Source: Pasteurella multocida
GTDB lineage: Bacteria; Pseudomonadota; Gammaproteobacteria; Enterobacterales; Pasteurellaceae
Reading direction: 5' to 3'
DNA: 32,000 nucleotides
NCBI RefSeq assembly: GCF_900187275.1
Contig: NZ_LT906458.1
Location: 1,920,001-1,952,000 of the forward strand
Shown here: positions 26,635 to 32,000 of the stretch, piece by piece
Numbering within the stretch: the stretch's first letter is position 1
Layout: every line of letters starts with the position of its first letter
Notes under the pieces: generated by a model
The model's database searches: none
Told to the model about the DNA's origin: nothing
The model's input: only the letters and a program-made list of their open reading frames with translations
Made by a program: the position numbers and the translations under genes

Positions 26635-28283
26635 TACATTTGTTCAACCATATCAAGGTTGCAGGCATTCGGTGGTACCAATGGCCAAACGTTTTCATTA
26701 CTTGAAATACACACATGTAAGAAATAGGCTTCTTTGCTCGCTAATAAACGATCGAGTGCACCTTCCACTTCTTCTCCTTTGGTGATGCGTTCGCCTTGAA
26801 TACCGAATGCAGCGGCAAGCATCACGAAATCGGGATTGTCATCTAAAATCGTATTACTAAATCTGGCGTTGAAGAACAGCTCTTGCCACTGACGAACCAT
26901 GCCTAAACGTTGATTGTCTAACAACACAATTTTCACCGGTGTTTTTCCGCGTTTGAAGGTGCCTAATTCTTGAATGTTCATCATGATAGAGCCATCGCCA
27001 GAAATTAAGATCACCTCATCGTCAGGACGGGCTTTTTTCGCGCCAATTGCTGCTGGCAAACCAAAGCCCATGGTGCCGTAACCGGCTGAGGTAATGTAGT
27101 TTTCAGGAGCATAATGTTGCATATGCTGGGCTGACCACATTTGATGCTGTCCAACATCAGTAGTAATCACCGCACTTTGTGGTTTCTTCTTTGATAATGA
27201 ATTCAGCAACCATAACGGATTAATAAAGGTATCCCCTTGGTTTGTCGAGTAACAAAAATCGTGTGTTTGCTTGAGTTGTTTGATATGTGCTTGCCACTCA
27301 GCAATGTTCAACGGGACGCTTAGGGCATTGAAAGCCTGAACAATATCCCCACACAATGCCACATCTGGACGACGTAATTTCCCGATTTCAGCCATATCAA
27401 TATCAGCATGGATCACTTTGGCATGGGGGGCAAACGTATCCAGCTTACCTGTTACACGATCATCAAAGCGTGCACCAAATGCCAATAATAAATCACATTC
27501 TTGCACCGCATAGTTTGCGGCTTTGGTGCCGTGCATACCAATCATGCCCATATAATAAGGATTATCCGGGTGAACTGAACCTAAACCTTTTAGGGTGGAC
27601 ACACTTGGCATTTGCGTTACTGCAAGAAACTCACGCAACGCTGGTACGGCTTGCGCCATACCTACACCGCCCCCGACATACAGCACGGGGCGTTTTGCTT
27701 GTTTGAGTAATGCAAGTGTATCTGTTAAATGCGCTTGTGAAAGTGCGGTGGGTTTTGCCACAGAATAGGTGAACGGCGTGACATCGGTTGGGGCAATTTG
27801 GATATCTTTTGGAATATCGATCAAAACTGGACCCGGACGCCCACTGGCAGCAATTTCAAAGGCTTTAGCAATCACGTCTGGCAATTCTTCGATGCTTTGC
27901 ACTAAAAAGCTGTGTTTGGTACAAGCAAGAGATAAACCGAGCACATCTGCTTCTTGGAACGCATCTGTACCGATCAAGGGAGAAGCCACTTGCCCAGTGA
28001 TCGCAACAACCGGAATCGAATCCATTAAGGCATCCCCTAAGCCGGTGATCAAGTTTGCTGCACCCGGACCAGAAGTGGCAATACACACGCCAACTTTGCC
28101 ACTTGAACGCGCATAGCCAATGGCTGCCATCGCTGCACCTTGCTCATTACGACACAATAAATGTTCTATGCCCGCATCATACAGCGCATCATAAACTGGC
28201 ATAATCGCCCCACCGGGATAGCCAAAAACGGTGGTTACGCCATGTGTTTTCAAACTCTCGGTTACTAATCTTGCCCCATTCAT
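26634..28283 (-). CDS. ilvG: Acetolactate synthase II large subunit (intact)
   Basis: The track start is GTG 28292. I prefer ATG 28283 (MNGARLV...), which has AAGGG 8 nt upstream and matches the E. coli IlvG N-terminus MNGAQWV. The ThDP motif [14 protein letters not shown] is present, and the protein is collinear throughout (549 aa). Confidence 0.95.
   Translation of the reverse strand: MNGARLVTESLKTHGVTTVFGYPGGAIMPVYDALYDAGIEHLLCRNEQGAAMAAIGYARSSGKVGVCIATSGPGAANLITGLGDALMDSIPVVAITGQVASPLIGTDAFQEADVLGLSLACTKHSFLVQSIEELPDVIAKAFEIAASGRPGPVLIDIPKDIQIAPTDVTPFTYSVAKPTALSQAHLTDTLALLKQAKRPVLYVGGGVGMAQAVPALREFLAVTQMPSVSTLKGLGSVHPDNPYYMGMIGMHGTKAANYAVQECDLLLAFGARFDDRVTGKLDTFAPHAKVIHADIDMAEIGKLRRPDVALCGDIVQAFNALSVPLNIAEWQAHIKQLKQTHDFCYSTNQGDTFINPLWLLNSLSKKKPQSAVITTDVGQHQMWSAQHMQHYAPENYITSAGYGTMGFGLPAAIGAKKARPDDEVILISGDGSIMMNIQELGTFKRGKTPVKIVLLDNQRLGMVRQWQELFFNARFSNTILDDNPDFVMLAAAFGIQGERITKGEEVEGALDRLLASKEAYFLHVCISSNENVWPLVPPNACNLDMVEQM
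27169..27177 (-). repeat. Uptake signal sequence core (Hin-type USS)
   Basis: Exact ACCGCACTT, inside ilvG. Confidence 0.9.
27741..27749 (+). repeat. Uptake signal sequence core (Hin-type USS)
   Basis: Exact AAGTGCGGT, inside ilvG. Confidence 0.9.
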
Positions 28284-28311
28284 CTTTATCACCCTTGCAT
28301 AATTGGTAAGT

Positions 28312-28345
28312 AAAAAAAACCCTCATCTGCTATCAGACGAGGGTT
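28312..28345 (-). terminator. ilv attenuator (leader terminator)
   Basis: The minus strand reads AACCCUCGUCUG-AUAG-CAGAUGAGGGUU followed by U8 (10-bp stem with one G-U pair). It lies between the leader peptide stop (28381) and the ilvG start (28283). Confidence 0.8.
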
Positions 28346-28380
28346 AAATTTGATCTTCTTTGTTTATTGACAGTCAAACA

Positions 28381-28455
28381 TTAACGCGCTCGCCCCGCAG
28401 TGATAATAATCACCACGAGGTTAATAATAATGCTAAGTACAGGGCGTAATGCCAT
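28381..28455 (-). CDS. ilvL: ilv operon leader peptide (24 aa, Ile/Val/Leu-rich), not in ORF track
   Basis: Hand translation of the minus strand from ATG 28455 gives MALRPVLSIIINLVVIIITAGRAR, ending at TAA 28383-28381. 12 of 24 residues are Ile (6), Val (3) or Leu (3). A terminator hairpin follows, then ilvG. Confidence 0.8.
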   Translation of the reverse strand: MALRPVLSIIINLVVIIITAGRAR

Positions 28456-28642
28456 AACGTCAATTCCAAATCGTTGAGTATGTTGTTGTGTGTTTTATAT
28501 TCATATCATATTTTTTTTTCAGCGCAAACTTTTTTTTTACAAAATGTTAAAAAATATGAAAACGTTTTCGTTATGTGTTTTTCCAGAATGCCAACTCAGG
28601 TTATGGTATGATAGGCAAAACAGTTAGACAGTAGGATGGTAT

Positions 28643-29461
28643 ATGTCATTTTTTCCTTTCCGTGCCATTGTTTCCGATTTAGATGGCACCTTATTAAATG
28701 CTCACCATATGATCGGTGACTTTACGATTCAAACATTACAACAGCTTGCTGCCAAAGGGATCGATATTATGTTGGCAACGGGGCGTAACCACACGGATTT
28801 GTTACCAATTTTAAAAAAAGTGAATATTGAAAAGGCGGTGATGATTACGTCCAATGGCGCAAGAGCACAGGATTTACAAGGCAATTTGTTAGTGCGTGAT
28901 TATTTACCTGAACAAATTGCTTTTGACATTATGAATTTGGATTTTGATCGCCAACGTGTGTGTGTCAGTGCGTATCAAGGGGATGACTGGTTTATTAATA
29001 TTGATGTGCCACAACTGCGTAAATATCATCAAGATTCAGGCTTTATGTATGAGGTGGTGGATTTTGCACAGCACCATGGTCGTGAAACAGAGAAAGTCTT
29101 TTTTATCGGACGTGAACCGCAAGATCTTATCGGCTTAGAGCAACACTTACAAGCTAACTATGCGGATACCACCAGTATTACTTATTCCACGCCGGTGTGT
29201 TTAGAAATAATGAATAAAAATGTCTCAAAAGCGAGTGCACTTGAAAAAGTGTTAGCCGATCGGGATTATGACTTACAACATTGCTTGGCTTTTGGTGATG
29301 GGATGAACGATGTGCAAATGCTCAGTCGCGTTGGTAAAGGTTGTGTAATGGGCAATGCCGATCCTCGATTAAAAGAGGCGTGCCCACATCTCGAAGTAAT
29401 TGGTATGAATGCACAAGAATCAGTAGCAAATTATATTCGTACTATATTTGATATTGAATGA
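28643..29461 (+). CDS. yigL: Cof-type HAD-IIB sugar/pyridoxal-phosphate phosphatase, YigL-like
   Basis: SDLDGTLL, ATGRNH, MITSNGAR and AFGDGMNDVQML...GKGCVMGNA are collinear with E. coli YigL. pldB lies nearby, as in E. coli. Confidence 0.8.
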   Translation: MSFFPFRAIVSDLDGTLLNAHHMIGDFTIQTLQQLAAKGIDIMLATGRNHTDLLPILKKVNIEKAVMITSNGARAQDLQGNLLVRDYLPEQIAFDIMNLDFDRQRVCVSAYQGDDWFINIDVPQLRKYHQDSGFMYEVVDFAQHHGRETEKVFFIGREPQDLIGLEQHLQANYADTTSITYSTPVCLEIMNKNVSKASALEKVLADRDYDLQHCLAFGDGMNDVQMLSRVGKGCVMGNADPRLKEACPHLEVIGMNAQESVANYIRTIFDIE

Positions 29462-29494
29462 GTACCCCTTTGCCACATAGCTGGGAGTCGAAGT

Positions 29495-29881
29495 GTGATA
29501 AGTGTCGGACAACAAATCATATTCATTAGCAGCGGTGCTGCACTGGGCGCGTTGTCACGTTGGGGATTGGGGTTATTACTGAATCCGCTTTTTAGCGCAT
29601 TTTCATTAGGTACACTGGTAGCAAATTATCTTGGTTGTTTGATTATTGGTGTATTTTTAGCGTTTTTTTGGCAATATCCACAATGTTCTGCTGAATGGCG
29701 TTTATTTTTTGTGACAGGCTTTTTAGGGAGTTTGACTACGTTTTCCACCTTTTCCGCTGAAGTGATTGAAAACCTGATACAACAGAAATGGCTCGCAGGT
29801 CTTATGCTTGCTTCAGGTCACCTATTAGGTTGTCTGTTGTTTACTGCCTTAGGCGTGTTTATTTGGCGCTATTGGCAGTAA
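29495..29881 (+). CDS. crcB: Fluoride ion channel CrcB/FluC
   Basis: 128 aa with four TM segments. It contains [10 protein letters not shown] and [13 protein letters not shown] (the conserved F/TTFST motif). GTG start with GGGAG 7 nt upstream. Confidence 0.85.
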   Translation: MISVGQQIIFISSGAALGALSRWGLGLLLNPLFSAFSLGTLVANYLGCLIIGVFLAFFWQYPQCSAEWRLFFVTGFLGSLTTFSTFSAEVIENLIQQKWLAGLMLASGHLLGCLLFTALGVFIWRYWQ

Positions 29882-30812
29882 AAAATTGGCTAATTTTCTT
29901 GAGTGCCTCGGAGCGGATAAGATCACGCTCAAATAAAATTTCGTGTTTACTTTGCGCAATTTGTGTTAACTCTCCTCGTGGTAAAAGTGCGGTGAGTTTG
30001 CGCAGATTTTTATTTTCCACAATCTTTTCTTTCTCCGATTGTAGAATCAGCACAGGAATCTCAATACGCGGCAAAATAGTCGGTAATTTTTTAATGGCAC
30101 TAAAACATAAATGCACCCAACGGAAGGTCGGTCCCCCTAAATGAATATGCGGATACCGACGATTAATTCGATTCATCCAGCGCATACGAGTTCGACAACA
30201 ACTTAAATCATTATTATCCAAATCCGCCGGTTGATAACGTCCTTTGCCAAACACATAGCGTGAACCCTGACCTAATAACATCATTAGATTAATAATGAGC
30301 TCATCTCGGAAAGAATGTTTGAGAGGAATGCCATAAAATGGCGCAGAAAAGACCGCACTTTTCACCTGATGATCGTAATTGGCAAGGTAATAAGTACTAA
30401 TCAATGCACCTAAGGAATGGGCGAGAATATGTTGATTTTCATAAGGATAAAGTGCGCTGATTTTCGCTAATAAAATTGCCATATCGTCCGCATAAAAACG
30501 AAACTCATCAATATAACCTTTCTCATGATCTGGCAATAAACGCTGTGAATAGCCTTGCCCACGATGATCAAATACCAAAACGTCGTAGCCTTGTTGATAG
30601 AAATCATAAGCCAGTTCAGTCCATTTCAATAAGTTTTCTGCACGTCCATTGACTAAAATCACCAAATTACGCTGTACGGGATTGTCTTGTACAAAATGCC
30701 GATAGGTAATACGTACCCCTTTTTTCCCTTGTACGTCTTGCAACGGAAATTGTGCTGCAAAAGGATGTAATTCAGCCAAGGCAAAGTGAGTAAAATGGGG
30801 TTCACGGATCAT
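29859..30812 (-). CDS. pldB: Lysophospholipase L2 (alpha/beta hydrolase)
   Basis: The track start is TTG 30824. I use ATG 30812. Nucleophile elbow [22 protein letters not shown] and HEILFERD parallel E. coli PldB. The 3' end overlaps the crcB 3' end by 23 nt (29859-29881). Confidence 0.8.
   Translation of the reverse strand: MIREPHFTHFALAELHPFAAQFPLQDVQGKKGVRITYRHFVQDNPVQRNLVILVNGRAENLLKWTELAYDFYQQGYDVLVFDHRGQGYSQRLLPDHEKGYIDEFRFYADDMAILLAKISALYPYENQHILAHSLGALISTYYLANYDHQVKSAVFSAPFYGIPLKHSFRDELIINLMMLLGQGSRYVFGKGRYQPADLDNNDLSCCRTRMRWMNRINRRYPHIHLGGPTFRWVHLCFSAIKKLPTILPRIEIPVLILQSEKEKIVENKNLRKLTALLPRGELTQIAQSKHEILFERDLIRSEALKKISQFFTANSAK
29985..29993 (+). repeat. Uptake signal sequence core (Hin-type USS)
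   Basis: Exact AAGTGCGGT, inside pldB. Confidence 0.9.
30352..30360 (-). repeat. Uptake signal sequence core (Hin-type USS)
   Basis: Exact ACCGCACTT, inside pldB. Confidence 0.9.
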
Positions 30813-30909
30813 AGCACTTACCAATTATTGAGAGTGGAGAGAGCATTATTCTAGCATAAAATCGGTTTACCGACTATGTGCCAGGCAGTTAGGATGAGGC
30901 GTAGAAAGG

Positions 30910-30932
30910 AAAAAAGCAGGCGTGTTGCCTGC
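30910..30932 (-). terminator. Rho-independent terminator of asd
   Basis: The minus strand reads GCAGGC-AACAC-GCCTGC followed by T6, 22 nt after the asd stop. Confidence 0.7.
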
Positions 30933-30953
30933 TCTTTATGATAGGAAAGGGGA

Positions 30954-32000
30954 TTACGCCACAAGTTGTTTTAAAATACGGCGAAGTGGCTCAGCGGCAC
31001 CCCAGAGTAATTGGTCGCCCACTGTGAACGCGGCTAAATATTCCGGTCCCATTTTGAGTTTACGTAAACGACCAACGGGCACAGATAAAGTCCCTGTCAC
31101 TTTGGTTGGCGTCAGTTCACGTAAGGTCACGTCTTTTTCATTTGGGATCACTTTCACCCATTCATTGTGACTTGCAAGAATTTGTTCAATTTCTTCAAGT
31201 GGTAAATCTTTTTTCATTTTGATGGTGAAAGCTTGGCTGTGGCAACGCAATGCACCGATACGCACACATAAACCATCAACAGGAATTGGACTGTCGTCTA
31301 AGCCAAGAATTTTATTGGTTTCCGCATAGCCTTTCCATTCTTCTTTGGTTTGACCATCTTCCCAGAGTTTATCAATCCACGGAATTAAGCTCCCTGCCAG
31401 TGGTGCACCAAAGTTTTCAATCGGTAAATCACCGCGCATTTTTGCTGTTACTTTACGTTCAATGTCTAAAATGGAGGAGGCTGGATTATCTAAATCCACT
31501 TTCACGCTGTCTTCAAGTTGACCCATTTGTACCAATAATTCGCGCATGTTTTTCGCACCCGCACCACTTGCTGCTTGGTATGTTGCTACAGACACCCATT
31601 CTACTAAATCACGTTCAAATAAACCGCCTAACGCCATTAACATTAAACTCACAGTACAGTTACCGCCAACGTAGGTTTTAATGCCATTTTTTAAGCCTTC
31701 GCTGATGACATTTTGGTTCACTGGATCAAGCACGATAATCGCGTCTTTTTCCATGCGTAATGCGGACGCGGCATCAATCCAATATCCCTTCCAACCTGCT
31801 GCACGTAATTTCGGATACACCTCGTTGGTATAATCACCACCTTGACAGGTCACGATAATGTCTAATTTTTGTAATTCAGCGATATCAAAAGCATCTTTCA
31901 GCTCACCCGCTTGCTTGCCACCAAATACGGGGGCGTTTTGACCCGCTTGTGATGTGGTAAAAAACACAGGATTGATATTGGCAAAGTCATTTTCTTCTTG
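30954..32000 (-). CDS. asd: Aspartate-semialdehyde dehydrogenase, 5' end (about 20 codons) beyond the window
   Basis: The frame stays open to position 32000 ([18 protein letters not shown]...). The track's M at 31967 is an internal GTG Val. Collinear with E. coli Asd ([11 protein letters not shown] active-site Cys, [35 protein letters not shown]). Confidence 0.95.
   Translation of the reverse strand, partial: QEENDFANINPVFFTTSQAGQNAPVFGGKQAGELKDAFDIAELQKLDIIVTCQGGDYTNEVYPKLRAAGWKGYWIDAASALRMEKDAIIVLDPVNQNVISEGLKNGIKTYVGGNCTVSLMLMALGGLFERDLVEWVSVATYQAASGAGAKNMRELLVQMGQLEDSVKVDLDNPASSILDIERKVTAKMRGDLPIENFGAPLAGSLIPWIDKLWEDGQTKEEWKGYAETNKILGLDDSPIPVDGLCVRIGALRCHSQAFTIKMKKDLPLEEIEQILASHNEWVKVIPNEKDVTLRELTPTKVTGTLSVPVGRLRKLKMGPEYLAAFTVGDQLLWGAAEPLRRILKQLVA

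Noticed and set aside
27356-28116. Antisense and alternative-frame ORFs inside ilvG (27356..27706, 27769..28116, 27865..28086).
   Set aside because: For the same reason, ilvG is collinear with E. coli IlvG over its whole length.
29462-29494. Looked for a fluoride (crcB-motif) riboswitch upstream of crcB.
   Set aside because: Only 33 nt separate the yigL-like stop from the crcB GTG. Neither that spacer nor the preceding 60 nt shows the conserved GATGG...AACCGCC...CTGATGA-type core.
29788-30144. A 118-aa plus-strand ORF spanning the crcB end and antisense to pldB.
   Set aside because: It is out of frame with crcB and antisense to a well-supported pldB, has no RBS, and gives an Arg/Ser/Cys-rich nonsense-like product.

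Overview
Gene-dense chromosomal stretch (about 40 CDS) with no rRNA, tRNA, CRISPR array, IS element or integrase that I can see. It is a Pasteurellaceae genome with the Hin-type uptake signal sequence: I count 19 perfect AAGTGCGGT/ACCGCACTT cores, against about 0.24 expected by chance for a 9-mer on both strands of 32 kb. Several cores sit as inverted pairs forming terminator hairpins. An intact icd argues against H. influenzae Rd-like genomes. Gene order (< is minus strand, > is plus strand): lptD' < tag < | talB > | AT-rich orphan < nudJ < rluE < | icd > | ftsB-ispD-ispF-truD-Sel1 repeat protein-surE-YqaA/DedA-like-(53 aa lipoprotein, not in ORF track)-nlpD > | dtd < yihY < ychJ < argO-like < | rpe-gph-trpS > | Fur box + TonB-dependent receptor > | secreted protein interrupted by one in-frame TAA > | ilvA < ilvD < YgeA-like racemase < ilvM < ilvG < ilvL leader/attenuator (not in ORF track) < | yigL-like > crcB > | pldB < asd' <. 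Most of this is ordinary housekeeping DNA with enteric-like synteny. I do not see a convincing multi-gene novel system. The least explained element is a very AT-rich single gene (3459-4286) appended to the rluE-nudJ operon, with an NYN/PIN-like head and two tandem winged-helix-like repeats. Other items worth a second look: a small lipoprotein ORF echoing the NlpD N-terminus, a racemase in the position ilvE holds in enterics, a lower-GC Fur-regulated receptor islet next to a nonsense-interrupted gene, and the Ile/Val/Leu-rich ilv leader. All protein-family calls rest on hand translation, motif recognition and remembered E. coli homologues; no searches were run.
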